Shown here in pieces: positions 41,124 through 52,315 of a DNA stretch of 64,000 nt. The notes under the pieces are model-generated. The model saw only the letters and a list, made by a program, of their open reading frames with translations, searched no databases and had not been told where the DNA came from. The stretch is from Vulcanimicrobiota bacterium (GTDB taxonomy: Bacteria > Vulcanimicrobiota > Vulcanimicrobiia > Vulcanimicrobiales > Vulcanimicrobiaceae). Position 1 is the stretch's first letter. Every line of letters begins with the position of its first letter. The translations under genes and the position numbers were made by a program. The stretch covers positions 1 to 64,000 of the forward strand of contig CAWGBN010000008.1 of the NCBI GenBank assembly GCA_963820825.1. Direction: 5' to 3'.

Positions 41124-42137
41124 GTGCAGGCTGTTGTAACCTTGGAAGCCCGTTATATATTTGTCGACATAGTCGGTTATACGTTAAAGCGCAGTATCGA
41201 AGCTCAAGTTGATTTAATAAAGGCTCTAAATGAAATCATCATTCAGGCCTTTGAGCGAGAGGGAGTCCCACGAGAGCGCTTGATGTTTTTTCCGGTCGGT
41301 GACGGCGTGTGTTCAGCCATTCTAGGAAACGCGCCGGATCGAGCTGCTGACGATTATGATGCTCACGTCCGAGTAGCTTTGCGAATGCTGGAATTGTTGC
41401 ATGAATACAACGCGCGCACGGAAGACGCGATGCGACGTTTCTCTATTCGAGTTGGGCTAAATGATAACATAGATAATGCCGTAACTGATATTAACGGAAA
41501 CGATAATCTTGCAGGCTCGGGAATTAACGGGGCACAAAGAGTAATGAGCGCGGCCGAGGCGAGTCAGCTATTTGTAAGCAGAGCCGTTTATGATAGATTG
41601 CGTGACCGCGAGTTCTATATGAATGCATTTCGAGAGGTATCAAGCTACACGAAACACGGGGAACGGCTCACTGTTTACCAAGTCATTCTTAACGATCGCC
41701 CTGGGCTTGATGTATCGCTTCCGAGGTCTCTGCAGGCTGCGGCTGAGCCTAGGCTGCCGCGCCTCTTAGGGTACTACATGCGCGCCGCTTTACAGCACCA
41801 GGAAGAGTTGCTCGGGATGCCTGAACTTCCGGGAAACTCGTTGTGGGAAGACGCGGCGCGCATCATGTATTATATGATGGCATTAGATGAGGAGGCGCAA
41901 GAACGTAAAGGTCCATACGATCCACCAACGTTGATGCTTAGTCCTCGGGGCGACGTGACGTTTAGAGAGCGCCTAGCGTACTATCACTCGCAGGATGTGT
42001 GGATCATTCATCTGCTTGCGCGCAAGATTGAGGCGCTGACGACGTTTACGAACTGCTTTGACGGACCGCGCTTTGTATACGTGAATGAGTGTGGTAGGGA
42101 GAAGCTTCGTATGGATCACCCGGACCTAGCTCCATAG
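41124..42137 (+). CDS. class III nucleotide cyclase domain protein with unknown C-terminal domain
   Basis: IFVDIVGYT; PVGDG; IRVGL; GINGAQRVM; visibly AT-richer than flanks. Confidence 0.85.
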   Translation: MQAVVTLEARYIFVDIVGYTLKRSIEAQVDLIKALNEIIIQAFEREGVPRERLMFFPVGDGVCSAILGNAPDRAADDYDAHVRVALRMLELLHEYNARTEDAMRRFSIRVGLNDNIDNAVTDINGNDNLAGSGINGAQRVMSAAEASQLFVSRAVYDRLRDREFYMNAFREVSSYTKHGERLTVYQVILNDRPGLDVSLPRSLQAAAEPRLPRLLGYYMRAALQHQEELLGMPELPGNSLWEDAARIMYYMMALDEEAQERKGPYDPPTLMLSPRGDVTFRERLAYYHSQDVWIIHLLARKIEALTTFTNCFDGPRFVYVNECGREKLRMDHPDLAP

Positions 42138-42160
42138 CCGCGAGCAGCACAACCCGCCCA

Positions 42161-42312
42161 CGCCCGCGAGGCCGCATCGCGCTAGGCGCTTAGCGTAGCC
42201 TCGCCGCTGCGCAGCACGGCGCCGATCGCGTGCGCAATTGCGCCTCGCAGTGCCTCGCAGTCTCGCAGCTTAGGTTATCGATACTTGGCGCTTAGATCGC
42301 GCCGCAGCTTAG
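42161..42312. repeat. element-end repeats next to secA (hairpin plus tandem CTCGCAG x3, GCTTAG x4)
   Basis: 23/25 match to 33032-33056; GCCTCGCAGT at 42242 and 42252, CTCGCAG at 42262. Confidence 0.65.
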
Positions 42313-42362
42313 CCGGCCCAGCGCAGGGGGCCTCGTTTTGAAGTGGTCTAACTCCTATCCCG

Positions 42363-45023
42363 CTATGCTGCCGTGCCGTGGCACTTCTTGTATTTTTTTC
42401 CGCTGCCGCAGGGGCACATTTCGTTGCGGCCGACCTTCGGCTGTTCACGCTGCATCGGTTTGGTGGGTGACTCGTCGTCTTTGTTCGTGTGGAACTGTTG
42501 GACGCGCCGGCCGGCGCCGGGCATTGGGCCGAGGAGCTGTTCGACTTGTTGCGCCGGTAATGCGTTGCCGGCGGCAACCGGTTGCGGCACAAGTTCGCCC
42601 GAGGGAATCGGCTCGAACTGCGGCGGGGGCGGGCCACCCGGCGAGTACGGCGTGAGCTGTTGCGGCGGCGGACCGTGCTCGATGACGACGCGAAAGACGC
42701 CTTTGATCGCTTCGTCGGCGATGTTGTTCTTCAGCGACTCGAAGATCTCGAAGGCTTCCTTCTCATACTCGACGCGCGGGTCTTTTTGACCGTAGCCGCG
42801 CAGGCCGATGCCGGTCTTCAAGTGATCCATTACGTAGAGATGGTCGACCCACTGGCGATCGATGATCGGCAGCAAGAGATAGCGCTGCTCGACCACGCGC
42901 AAGATCTCCGGCGTTACTTCCTTCTCCTTGGCTTCGTATGCTTCGCGCGCTTTCTGCTGCAGCACGCGGCGAATCTCTTCGCGGTCCTTGCCGGTTAGTT
43001 CGTCGACGAAGAGGCTGCGCTTCGCGGGAAAGACCAGATCGAGCGCGTTGAGCATCTCGGGGAGGTCCCACTCCTGCGGATGGACGTTCTCGGGCGCGTT
43101 CTCCTCGAGCGCTTCGTTGACTTTTGCCTCGAGCGTCTGCGTCATGAACGTCCGCGAATCGAACGTTCCTTCGAGAATCGCACGGCGGTCGGCGTAGATG
43201 ATCGTGCGCTGTTTGTTCATCACGTCGTCGTATTCGAGCACGTGCTTGCGAATCTCGTAGTTGTGATTCTCGACCTTGCCCTGCGCGCGCTGAATCGACT
43301 TAGTCACCAAGCCCGATTCGATCGGCTGCTCGTCGGTAAAGCCGACGCGCTCCATGATGTTCGTCATCCGGTCGCCGCCGAAGAGGCGCATTACCTCGTC
43401 TTCAAGCGAAACATAGAAGCGCGACGAGCCGGGGTCGCCTTGGCGCCCCGAGCGTCCGCGTAGCTGGTTGTCGATCCGCCGCGACTCGTGGCGTTCGGTG
43501 CCGATAATGTGCAGGCCGCCGTTCTTCGCGACGCCTTCGCCGAGCTTGATGTCGGTGCCGCGCCCGGCCATGTTGGTGGCGATCGTCACCTGGGCTTCTT
43601 GGCCCGCGTCCTTGATGATCTCGGCTTCTTGTTCGTGATACTTCGCGTTGAGCACGTTGCACTCGACGCCCTTGCGCCGCAGCATCGTCGCGAGCAGCTC
43701 GCTCTTCTCGATCGAACGCGTGCCGACGAGCACCGGCCGGCCCTTTTTGTGCTCGTCGATGATCTCGTCGACCACCGCATCGAACTTCGCCTTCTCGCTC
43801 TTGTAGACGATGTCGGAGTTGTCTTTGCGGACCATCGGCATGTTCGTCGGTACGACGACGACGTCGAGGCCGTAGATGTCGCGGAACTCTCGCTCCTCGG
43901 TCTTCGCCGTACCGGTCATGCCGGCGAGATGATCGTAGAGCCGGAAGAGATTCTGAAAGGTAATCGTCGCCAGCGTCTGGTCCTCACCGCGGACCTTGAT
44001 ACCTTCCTTCGCTTCAATTGCCTGGTGGATGCCGTCGGAGTAGCGCCGACCGTACATCAGGCGCCCGGTGAACTCATCGACGATGATCACCTCGCCATCC
44101 TTGACGATATACTGCTGGTCGCGATGGAAGAGGTTCCAGGCCTTGAGCGCCGCGTTGAGCTGATGCGTCAGCTCGATGTTGCGCTGCTCGTAAAGATTCT
44201 GGATGCCGAGCATCTTCTCGACGTGGGCGACGCCGGTTTCGGTGATTGGAACCGCGTGCGCCTTCTCGTCGACGGTGTAATCCTCGCCCTTCTTTAGCCG
44301 CGGCAGAATCTGCGCGAACTTGTCGTAGAGCTCGCCCGACTCTTGCGAGGGTCCGCTGATGATCAGCGGCGTGCGCGCCTCGTCGACCAGAATCGAGTCG
44401 ACTTCGTCGACGAGCGCGAAGTAGAGCTCGCGTTGGACGAGGTCTTCGACTTGCCAGGCCATGTTGTCGCGCAGATAGTCGAAGCCCACCTCGTTGTTCG
44501 TAACGTAGGTCACGTCGGCGTTGTAGGCGTCGCGGCGCTGCGCCGAATCGAGTCCGTGCTGAATGATGCCGACCTTCAAACCGAGGAACTCATAGATCGG
44601 GCCCATCCACTCGGCGTCGCGGCGGGCGAGGTAATCGTTCACCGTAACGACGTGAACGCCGCGTCTTTCGAGCGCGCGCGCGTAAACGGGAAGCGTCGCG
44701 ACGAGGGTCTTGCCTTCGCCGGTCTTCATCTCGGCGATGCGCCCCTCGTAAAGCACTTGACCGCCCATGATCTGGACGTCGAAATGACGCATCCCGACGG
44801 TGCGCACGCCGGCTTCGCGGACGACCGCAAAGACCTCGGGCAGCATATCGTCGAGCGCCTCGCCCTGCTCGAGCCGGCCGCGAAACTCGGCGGTCTTCGC
44901 TTGCAGCTCGGCGTCGGAGAGCGCCTTGATCGATGCTTCGAATTCGTTGACGGCCCGCGCAGTGCGCCGCAGACGTGCGACTTCCCGCTCGTTACCGTCG
45001 ATGATGCTTTTAATGAACGACAT
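42363..45023 (-). CDS. secA: preprotein translocase ATPase SecA
   Basis: [42 protein letters not shown]. Confidence 0.99.
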   Translation of the reverse strand: MSFIKSIIDGNEREVARLRRTARAVNEFEASIKALSDAELQAKTAEFRGRLEQGEALDDMLPEVFAVVREAGVRTVGMRHFDVQIMGGQVLYEGRIAEMKTGEGKTLVATLPVYARALERRGVHVVTVNDYLARRDAEWMGPIYEFLGLKVGIIQHGLDSAQRRDAYNADVTYVTNNEVGFDYLRDNMAWQVEDLVQRELYFALVDEVDSILVDEARTPLIISGPSQESGELYDKFAQILPRLKKGEDYTVDEKAHAVPITETGVAHVEKMLGIQNLYEQRNIELTHQLNAALKAWNLFHRDQQYIVKDGEVIIVDEFTGRLMYGRRYSDGIHQAIEAKEGIKVRGEDQTLATITFQNLFRLYDHLAGMTGTAKTEEREFRDIYGLDVVVVPTNMPMVRKDNSDIVYKSEKAKFDAVVDEIIDEHKKGRPVLVGTRSIEKSELLATMLRRKGVECNVLNAKYHEQEAEIIKDAGQEAQVTIATNMAGRGTDIKLGEGVAKNGGLHIIGTERHESRRIDNQLRGRSGRQGDPGSSRFYVSLEDEVMRLFGGDRMTNIMERVGFTDEQPIESGLVTKSIQRAQGKVENHNYEIRKHVLEYDDVMNKQRTIIYADRRAILEGTFDSRTFMTQTLEAKVNEALEENAPENVHPQEWDLPEMLNALDLVFPAKRSLFVDELTGKDREEIRRVLQQKAREAYEAKEKEVTPEILRVVEQRYLLLPIIDRQWVDHLYVMDHLKTGIGLRGYGQKDPRVEYEKEAFEIFESLKNNIADEAIKGVFRVVIEHGPPPQQLTPYSPGGPPPPQFEPIPSGELVPQPVAAGNALPAQQVEQLLGPMPGAGRRVQQFHTNKDDESPTKPMQREQPKVGRNEMCPCGSGKKYKKCHGTAA

Positions 45024-45029
45024 GGACCC

Positions 45030-46235
45030 TTACGGCACGAGGCCGATTCCCGTTACCGCTCCTGGAGACGTGTAGAACGACGTCGGAGGCTGGTTGCCGC
45101 TTACCGTCGTCGCGTAGACGAGGATCACGCCGCCGCCACCCGCGGTGGAGTCGGCAACGTAGATAATCCCGTTGGCGTTGACCTTGATGTCGGTCGGCGC
45201 GTTGAGCATCGTCTTGCATCCGCGGATCGTGCGAATCGGCTTGGTGAATGGAATCTTCTTATTATACGGCGGGAAGACGAGTATCGCGGGGCCGCTGGTC
45301 GAGCCGCAGCTCGCCTTCGAGCGTCCCTGATCTACGATGTAAATGTACCCCAGCGTGTCGACCGCGACGCTGAATGGCGAGACGACGCCGTTCTTGGCCG
45401 TAATCGCAAAGCGGGGATAGATGTTAATCGGCGTCGGCGTCGGCGACGGCGTCGGCGAGGGACTCGGCGATCCGCTTGGCGTGGCCGATGGGGTCGGCGT
45501 CGGCGAGGGCGTTGCGGTTGGCTTCGGCGTCGGCGACGGCGTCGGCAGAAGGAACTGTTCGACCGTCGCGCCGGCGATGTTCGCAACGTAGATGTGGCCC
45601 TGCTTGTCGACGCTCACGCCGCCGGGTACCTTCAGATCCGTCTTCGGTCCGGCGATCGACTGAAACGACGTCGTGCTGCCCGAGGCAAAGAGCAGGATTT
45701 GGTTGGGATAGACGGCGGTCGGGATATTATCCGCGACCACCATGATCCGCGGAACCGGAGTCGACGAACTCGAGGGACGCGGTGAGGGTCCTTTCGGGGT
45801 GAAGGCGATACCGCGCGGGCGCCCCGATATGGCCGCCGAGGTCAGCGGTATGACGTTACCGGTGGCCAGCGCTTCATACTCGATGAGCAACGCCCGACCG
45901 GTGCTCGGGTTGTAGTTGGTCACCCAGAGGTTCTGCACCCGATCGAAGGCGAGGTACTGCGGACCGTCGAGGCCGGTATTCGAGCCGCCGATATTATAGG
46001 AAGGCCCGCCGCTCTTGACGTTCGAGTAGATGCTGATCGCGTTCTGGTTACTATTGGTCGCATAGAGCGTCTTCGACGGGAAGTTCGGCCCGACGTCGAC
46101 CCCCGACGTTTGTCCGAGGCTGCTGCAGGCAACGATCGCGCTGGTCATGACCAGCGCGAGGAAGATAACGCTGCCCTTGCGCCTCGCGCAGGCGCTCAGG
46201 AATTCTCTCACCCTCAAGCTATCAAACAATGGCAC
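45030..46235 (-). CDS. NHL-repeat lipoprotein with Pro/Thr linker
   Basis: IVAC lipobox; PTPSPTP tract; NHL-like repeats. Confidence 0.75.
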   Translation of the reverse strand: MPLFDSLRVREFLSACARRKGSVIFLALVMTSAIVACSSLGQTSGVDVGPNFPSKTLYATNSNQNAISIYSNVKSGGPSYNIGGSNTGLDGPQYLAFDRVQNLWVTNYNPSTGRALLIEYEALATGNVIPLTSAAISGRPRGIAFTPKGPSPRPSSSSTPVPRIMVVADNIPTAVYPNQILLFASGSTTSFQSIAGPKTDLKVPGGVSVDKQGHIYVANIAGATVEQFLLPTPSPTPKPTATPSPTPTPSATPSGSPSPSPTPSPTPTPINIYPRFAITAKNGVVSPFSVAVDTLGYIYIVDQGRSKASCGSTSGPAILVFPPYNKKIPFTKPIRTIRGCKTMLNAPTDIKVNANGIIYVADSTAGGGGVILVYATTVSGNQPPTSFYTSPGAVTGIGLVP

Positions 46236-46408
46236 TGCGAAGCGGTTCCCCCAGTCGCCCGAGTTTCCTGGCCGACCGCACGGTGAGCAAGGAACCAGAT
46301 GGCGGCTGCGATCAGCAGGAAGATTACCACCGAGACCACGATCCGCCGCGTGCGGCGGCGCTCGTAGGCAGGGCGGCTCGACTCGGTATCGATGATCTGA
46401 CGCGGCAT
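46214..46408 (-). CDS. small single-TM protein
   Basis: basic stretch then one TM; co-oriented within the operon. Confidence 0.55.
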   Translation of the reverse strand: MPRQIIDTESSRPAYERRRTRRIVVSVVIFLLIAAAIWFLAHRAVGQETRATGGTASQCHCLIA

Positions 46409-46422
46409 ATTCTAAGGAACCT

Positions 46423-47244
46423 CTAAACCGCCCGGCGCAGCGGATGGTTGAGCTCGCCGGTCTGTACGAGCTTGAGCAGTTCGCCGACGGTGACGAACCG
46501 GTACCCGGCGGCTCGGAAACGCGCCACCACGTGGGGCAGGGCCTCGATCGTCGCCAGCTTCCCGCTATGCAGCAGCACGATCTCCGGCGCCGTCGCGTGC
46601 TCGAGCAGGTGATTCTCGAGCTGCGGAACGGTGACCGTTCTCCAATCGCCGCTGTCGTCGGTCCACAGCACCACGGAGTAACCGAGACTCTGCGCTACCT
46701 CCAGCGTGCGCTCCGTGTAGCGTCCGTGCGGCGGCCGCATGAGCGTGTGCACCGCGGGATCGTGGGTCAGTGGCCAGAGCGCTTCGGCGCCTTCGAGAAT
46801 CTCCCGGCGCACTGCGGCGTTCGTCTCTTCGTCGAGGTTCGGATGCGTGTAGGTGTGATCGGCAATCTCATTGCCGTCGCGTTCGATGCGCTGCGTGAGC
46901 TCGGGCCACTCCTGCGCGTCCTTCCCGATCAAGAAGAACGTCGCCGGCACTTGGAGATCGTGCAGCATGTCGAGCAGCATCGGCGTGAAGACCGGATAGG
47001 GACCGTCATCGAAGGTGAGCGCGATCAGCCGCGGCCGGTTCGAACGGTCTCCGGTTGAGAACTCGTGCGTCAGCCGATAGATCCGGGGAGCCGGTGCGCC
47101 GGAGAATTCCAAATGTACGTTTGTCTGCGGCGTAACGATCGCCGGCGTGAGATTGCTCTGACGCTCGAATTCGTGCCAGCCCCCGTAGATCGCACCGGCG
47201 AGCACGATCGCAACCACGAGCTTCACGTTACGATTTCTTTGCAA
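46423..47244 (-). CDS. polysaccharide deacetylase (NodB)
   Basis: [24 protein letters not shown]. Confidence 0.93.
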   Translation of the reverse strand: MQRNRNVKLVVAIVLAGAIYGGWHEFERQSNLTPAIVTPQTNVHLEFSGAPAPRIYRLTHEFSTGDRSNRPRLIALTFDDGPYPVFTPMLLDMLHDLQVPATFFLIGKDAQEWPELTQRIERDGNEIADHTYTHPNLDEETNAAVRREILEGAEALWPLTHDPAVHTLMRPPHGRYTERTLEVAQSLGYSVVLWTDDSGDWRTVTVPQLENHLLEHATAPEIVLLHSGKLATIEALPHVVARFRAAGYRFVTVGELLKLVQTGELNHPLRRAV

Positions 47245-48563
47245 AATCGCTGCCGACGATGACCGTCACGTCGCTGGCCGGCGTTGCGGTTGCAACCGGT
47301 GAGGCACTCGAGGCCGTATCCGGCACGACGGTCACGTCGTGCAATCCCGCCGGCAGGGCCTCGCGGACGCGCGCACCCGCGAACGTTACGTTCGAGTGCT
47401 CGTGGATCTCGGTTGCGGTGTAGTCGGAACGCTCCGCATCGCCGACTTGCCCGATCGTGAATCCCGCATGGGCGAGCCGATCCGCGAGCCGGCGCGCAGC
47501 CCCCGTCACGCCGCTGCCGTTCTCAACGTCGACGCGCAGCGTCGATGGCGGGATCGCCGCGAGCGCCAAAGCGTCGGGCGATGAAAGTTGCGTGGGCTGC
47601 GGCGTCAGCATCGTCGCCACGAGATGCGCGCGCGCGCCGGTATCGGGTACGAGCGAGTCGCCGTAGCCGGGAAGATCGATATCGCCGGTGTAGGGGACTT
47701 GGTTGCTCACGATCGCGGCGGGGGTGATTCCTTGAAAGAACGTGGCCAGCGAGAGCAGCTCCGAATCGGAAAAGTCGGTCTGCACGTTCCGGCGGAATAC
47801 TGCCAGCAGGTCGCCCAGATGCAGGAGCGTGTTGATCCGGTCGCCTTTGAGCTTGTCGGCGAGCGCGCGCAGCACTTGCTGCTGGCGCTTGATCCGGCAT
47901 GGATCGCTGCACCAGTCGTGGCGAAAACGCATGTACGCGACGGCCTCCTCTCCGCTGAGATGCTGCATGCCTTCCTTCAGATGGATGTGCAGGTGCCCCC
48001 AGGTGTCGTCGTAATCGAGCTCGCCGCCCTTGCAGCCGGTCTTGAAATTGCAGGCAATCCGAGGTCTTGACGTCGACGTTCACGCCGCCGATTGCAGCGA
48101 TGAACTCCTTGGTTGCGTCGATGCGCAGGATGACGTACTTGTCGAAACCGGGAATTCCGAGAAACTCGGCGATGACGTTCTTTGCCTCCGCCACGCCGCC
48201 GTCGGCTTGAGCCTGATTGATCTTCGCTTGCGCGCCGTTGGGCATCGTTGCGATCATGTCGCGCGGAATCGAGAGTTGGTAGATCCGCTTGTTCGCAAAG
48301 TCGAGATTGACCGCCCAGATCACGTCGCTGCGCGAGTTCTTCGAATACTCTTCGTCGCTGGCGGTATAGTCGTAATCGAGTCCCTCGACAAGCACGAGCA
48401 AGTTCGCTTTACCGAAGACCTGCTGCGGCGTCGGGACGAATACTTGGGCGATCTGGCCGATCGCGCTCACGGGATTGCGCCGCTCGATAATCGCGTAGCC
48501 CGCAGCCGCCGCCGCGACGCCGAGCACGATGACCGCGGCGACCAGCGCGATGCGCTTACTCAT
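47228..48563 (-). CDS. LCP family protein with LytR C-terminal domain, frameshift near 48045
   Basis: RSDVI..SIPRD..KINQA; YMRFRH..RIKRQQ; VENGSGVTGAA. Confidence 0.85.
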
Positions 48564-49933
48564 ACGATGCAAGGCTCCAGCGAAACGGCTCGGCCGAAGA
48601 AATCGAATGGCCCATGGCCGTCGAGCCGCACGTCAGAAAACTCGCCCACGCGCGCTACACCGGTGAAGTACACGCCCCCATCGACCCCCGGCGCTTCCCC
48701 TTCGGAACGTCCGAACCATGCCCGCGTTGCGCCTAGGGCACGGCGCAGCGGGTCGCGCTCGCCGAGCCGTCGCGATTCCTCAACGAGGACGCGCACCGTG
48801 TGGCCGCAACGGCGGGCGCGCGCCGTCTCCGAGGCTACGCGCTGCGCTTCGCGCAGGCGAATCAGCCGCTCGCGCCGGCGGCGCACGCTTACGCGCTCCG
48901 GGAGTTCGGCGGCGGGCGTGCCCTCCTCGGCGCTGTATTCGAAGAAACCGACCCGATCGAGCTGCGCGCGACCGATCCAATCCTCCAAATATGCGACATG
49001 CTCGTCTCGCTCGCCCGGAAATCCGACGATGAAGGTCGAGCGCATCGTGATGCCGGGAACGCGCGAGCGGAACTCGTCGATGATTTCGAGATAGCGCTCG
49101 CCGTTGCCGGGGCGGCGCATCGCGCGCAAGACTTCGGGGTGCGCGTGCTGCAGGGGCATGTCCATGTACTTGCAGACTTTCGGAAGCCGCGCGATCGTTT
49201 CGACGAGTTCCCGGTCGACCGTCGCGGGATATAGGTAGAGCAGCCGAATCCATTCGAGCTCCTCGACCTCATGCAGCTGCTCGAGCAACTGCGCGAGACC
49301 GCCGCGCCGTATGCCCCGGTCGCGTCCCCACATCGACGTATCCTGCGCGATCAGAATCAGCTCTTTGGCGCCGCCGGCGACAAGCGCGCGCGCTTCGGCG
49401 AGAATCGATTCGCTGCCGCGGCTGCGAAACGGCCCGCGCAGCGCCGGAATGATGCAGAACGTGCACGGATGATCGCAGCCTTCGGCTACTTTGAGATAGG
49501 CCGTCGCCCGCGGCGTGGTAACGAGCCGCGGCAAGAAGTCGTGCTCCGGCTCCGCTTCAAAATCGAGGCGTACCGGCCGGCGTCCGGCCTCGACCTCGTC
49601 GAGCAGCTCGGCGATTCCGGCGTACGCACCGGTTCCGACGATGCCGTCGATCTCCGGCACGAGGCTCTGGAGCTGCTCGCCGTATCGCTGCGCCAAGCAG
49701 CCGGCGACGACGAGCTGCTGGCCGCGCCGCTTCTGCGCGGCGTGCTCGAGGATGACGTGCGTCGACTCTTCTTTAGCGGGATCGATGAACGCGCACGTGT
49801 TGATCACGACGGTGTCGGCGCTGGCCGCATCGCTCTCGAGCCGCCAACCGGCGGCGCCGAGCTTGGCGATCATCACTTCGGTATCGACCAGATTCTTCGC
49901 GCAGCCGAGGCTGACGAACGCGACGCTTCGCAC
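48560..49933 (-). CDS. rimO: ribosomal protein S12 methylthiotransferase
   Basis: SLGCAKNLVDTE; INTCAFI; EGCDHPCTFC; APGVDG. Confidence 0.95.
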   Translation of the reverse strand: MRSVAFVSLGCAKNLVDTEVMIAKLGAAGWRLESDAASADTVVINTCAFIDPAKEESTHVILEHAAQKRRGQQLVVAGCLAQRYGEQLQSLVPEIDGIVGTGAYAGIAELLDEVEAGRRPVRLDFEAEPEHDFLPRLVTTPRATAYLKVAEGCDHPCTFCIIPALRGPFRSRGSESILAEARALVAGGAKELILIAQDTSMWGRDRGIRRGGLAQLLEQLHEVEELEWIRLLYLYPATVDRELVETIARLPKVCKYMDMPLQHAHPEVLRAMRRPGNGERYLEIIDEFRSRVPGITMRSTFIVGFPGERDEHVAYLEDWIGRAQLDRVGFFEYSAEEGTPAAELPERVSVRRRRERLIRLREAQRVASETARARRCGHTVRVLVEESRRLGERDPLRRALGATRAWFGRSEGEAPGVDGGVYFTGVARVGEFSDVRLDGHGPFDFFGRAVSLEPCIV

Positions 49934-49943
49934 GATTCCTTCG

Positions 49944-50435
49944 CTAACGATAGTTGACGAACTGCAGCGGCAGTTCGAACTCCATCGAGCGCAGCGCGTT
50001 GATGACCTTCTGCAAGTCGTCCTTGTTCTTGCCGGAGACGCGGAGTTGCTCGTCTTGATACTGCGCGGTGACCTTGAGCTTGAGCTCCTTGATGCGCGCC
50101 TGCAAGGCTTTGCTCTGATCTTTGCCGATGCCACTGCGAAGCGTGATGACCTGCCGCACGGTGCTGCCGGCGGCCGGCTCGACCTCGCCGAACTGGAAGG
50201 CCTTGATGTCGATCCCGCGCCGCACGGCTTTGCTCTGCAGGATGTCGACGACGTTGCGCATCTTGAGCTCGTCGTCGGAGATCAGCGTGATCTTCTTCCC
50301 GTCGGACTCGATGTTCGTCTTACTATGTTTGAAATCGAAACGGTTCTCGATCTCTTTGCGCGCCTGATTGAGCGCATTGTCGAGTTCTTGCTGATCGACG
50401 CGCGAAACGACGTCGAACGAGGATTCGCTCGCCAC
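49944..50435 (-). CDS. yajQ: YajQ family c-di-GMP/nucleotide-binding protein
   Basis: SFDVVS..ENRFDFK..RVSGKNKDDLQ..LQFVNYR. Confidence 0.95.
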   Translation of the reverse strand: MASESSFDVVSRVDQQELDNALNQARKEIENRFDFKHSKTNIESDGKKITLISDDELKMRNVVDILQSKAVRRGIDIKAFQFGEVEPAAGSTVRQVITLRSGIGKDQSKALQARIKELKLKVTAQYQDEQLRVSGKNKDDLQKVINALRSMEFELPLQFVNYR

Positions 50436-50456
50436 TAGACTCTTACCGTGCTCCTC

Positions 50457-51185
50457 TCAAAGGGTGAAGGCGTGCTCGACGACGTCGCCTGCCTTACCGA
50501 GCTTTCCGACGTCTTTGCCGTCGACGTAGATCTCCACCCCGCCGGCATTGCCGATGCGCACCAACGCGTTCTTTCCGTGAAACGTCTTCGACGTTCCGGC
50601 CGGGAACGTACCCTCCATGCTAACATTGCCGTCAACGGTGACCCTGAGCCACGACGGTGCCGAGAGTACCAGGGCAAGAGACCTCGGGCCGCCCGGCCCG
50701 ACCGGGGTCGGCGTCGGTGCAGCCGGAGACGGGGTCGCGCTCGCCGAGGCCGCGCTCGGGGGCGACGAGGCGGCGCTCGCGGTGACCGCCGGGCGGCGCA
50801 TCGTCAGCTCGTTGTAGACGACGAACGCGATCAGGAGCACTGCAACGACCGCCGCGACCCAAATTAGCACCGGACCGCGCCGGCCGCCTTCCTCGGCGCG
50901 CGAGGCATCGTCGCGGGCCGGAAGCGCCTGCGCCGAACCGGCGGGCTGCGTCCGATTGAATGCCGCGACCGCCTCTTCGGGATCGAGCCCGACGAAGCGT
51001 GCATACGTACGAATGAAGCCGCGGATATAGACCGGCGCGCCGACCGTGCTCCAATTCTCTTCCTCGATGGCCGCCAGATAGACCGACCGAATCCGAATCT
51101 GCTCCGCCACGTCCGATATGGCGAGCCCGCGGGCCTCGCGGGCGGCGCGAAACCGCTCACCCAACGCATCAGAGGCTCCCGGCAT
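50457..51185 (-). CDS. rodZ: RodZ-like HTH/DUF4115 protein
   Basis: N-terminal HTH, YIRGFIRTYA, TM, IGNAGGV. Confidence 0.85.
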   Translation of the reverse strand: MPGASDALGERFRAAREARGLAISDVAEQIRIRSVYLAAIEEENWSTVGAPVYIRGFIRTYARFVGLDPEEAVAAFNRTQPAGSAQALPARDDASRAEEGGRRGPVLIWVAAVVAVLLIAFVVYNELTMRRPAVTASAASSPPSAASASATPSPAAPTPTPVGPGGPRSLALVLSAPSWLRVTVDGNVSMEGTFPAGTSKTFHGKNALVRIGNAGGVEIYVDGKDVGKLGKAGDVVEHAFTL

Positions 51186-51235
51186 TTGGACTTTGAGTTA
51201 GCCCCGCCCTAGTGTTATCCTGTTCTTTAAGTCCG

Positions 51236-52315
51236 ATGCGAAAAGAGCGTGTAATCGCCGCAATGAGCGGCGGCGTGGATTCTGCGGTTGCGGCCGGTCT
51301 CTTGGTGGAGAGCGGCTACGACGTCGTCGGCATCACGATGAAAATGTACGCGCCCTCGCGGCCCGCGCATGCCAAGAGCTGCTGCGGCAGCGACGACTTC
51401 GACGACGCGCGTGGGACCGCAGCGGCGCTGGGAATTCCGCATTACGTGCTCGATTTCGAGCAGACGTTCCGCCGCAACGTCATCGATCGCTTCGTCAGCG
51501 AGTACGCGAGCGGCCGGACGCCGAACCCGTGCGTCGCGTGCAACAACTTCGTCAAGCTCGGAACGCTCGCGCAGTACGCCGACCGGCTAGGGGCGCGCTG
51601 CGTGGCGACCGGCCACTATGCGCGCATCGAGCGGCGCGACGACGGCCCCCATCTCTTCCGCAACGAATACGCCAAAGACCAAGCCTACGCGCTCGCGCAG
51701 CTGACGCCGGACCAGCTCGAACGGCTCTTGCTGCCGTTGGGTGAGTTCGACAAGACGGCGACGCGGGCGCACGCGCGACGCATGGCGCTTCCCGTTCACG
51801 ATAAAACCGAATCGCAAGACATTTGCTTCGTCGAAGGCGGCGATTACCGGACGGTGCTCGGACGCCTGCGTCCTGAGATCAACGCCGCGGGCGATGTCGT
51901 CGCGTCGAGCGGCGAGAAGATCGGCGAGCACGCGGGCATCGCCAACTACACCGTCGGCCAGCGAGCGCGCCTTCCCGCAAGCAGCGACGGCGCACGTTAC
52001 GTCACCCGCATCGACGCAACGACGAACACGATCGTCATCGGACGCGAAGACGAGCTGCTCTGCCGCGAACTCGAAGCCGACGAGATCAACCTCATTCGCC
52101 CCGAGCGTTTTTCCGGCGAAGCGACGCCGGTACGCGCGATGGTACGTTACCGTTCCGCCCCCGCTTTGGCGCTCGCTACGGTGCTCGGCGGCGGCCTGCT
52201 TCGTTTACGCTTTGAAGAGCCCCAGCGCGCCGTCACGCCGGGTCAGCTCGTCGCTCTGCTCGATCCGATCGGCGAAGAGGTCCTCGGCGCCGCCACAATC
52301 GCTAACGCCCGTTAG
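51236..52315 (+). CDS. mnmA: tRNA 2-thiouridylase
   Basis: [36 protein letters not shown]. Confidence 0.97.
   Translation: MRKERVIAAMSGGVDSAVAAGLLVESGYDVVGITMKMYAPSRPAHAKSCCGSDDFDDARGTAAALGIPHYVLDFEQTFRRNVIDRFVSEYASGRTPNPCVACNNFVKLGTLAQYADRLGARCVATGHYARIERRDDGPHLFRNEYAKDQAYALAQLTPDQLERLLLPLGEFDKTATRAHARRMALPVHDKTESQDICFVEGGDYRTVLGRLRPEINAAGDVVASSGEKIGEHAGIANYTVGQRARLPASSDGARYVTRIDATTNTIVIGREDELLCRELEADEINLIRPERFSGEATPVRAMVRYRSAPALALATVLGGGLLRLRFEEPQRAVTPGQLVALLDPIGEEVLGAATIANAR

Larger units (their letters stand above)
33104..42379. mobile_element. decayed genomic island(s) integrated in the secA 3' end
   Basis: bounded by GTGCCGT repeats; contains IS fragments, gene remnants, a low-GC cyclase; no integrase gene seen. 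Confidence 0.55.

Noticed and set aside
26565..42280. Classical integron attC array
   Set aside because: No consistent RYYYAAC...GTTRRRY boxes and no intI; repeats fit element ends better
45430..45545. CGGCGT/CGGCGA tandem repeats
   Set aside because: Encode the Pro/Thr linker of the NHL lipoprotein
43488..45785. Long antisense ORFs opposite secA (also opposite htrA, 846 and others)
   Set aside because: Typical shadow ORFs of high-GC coding strands; no motifs or RBS
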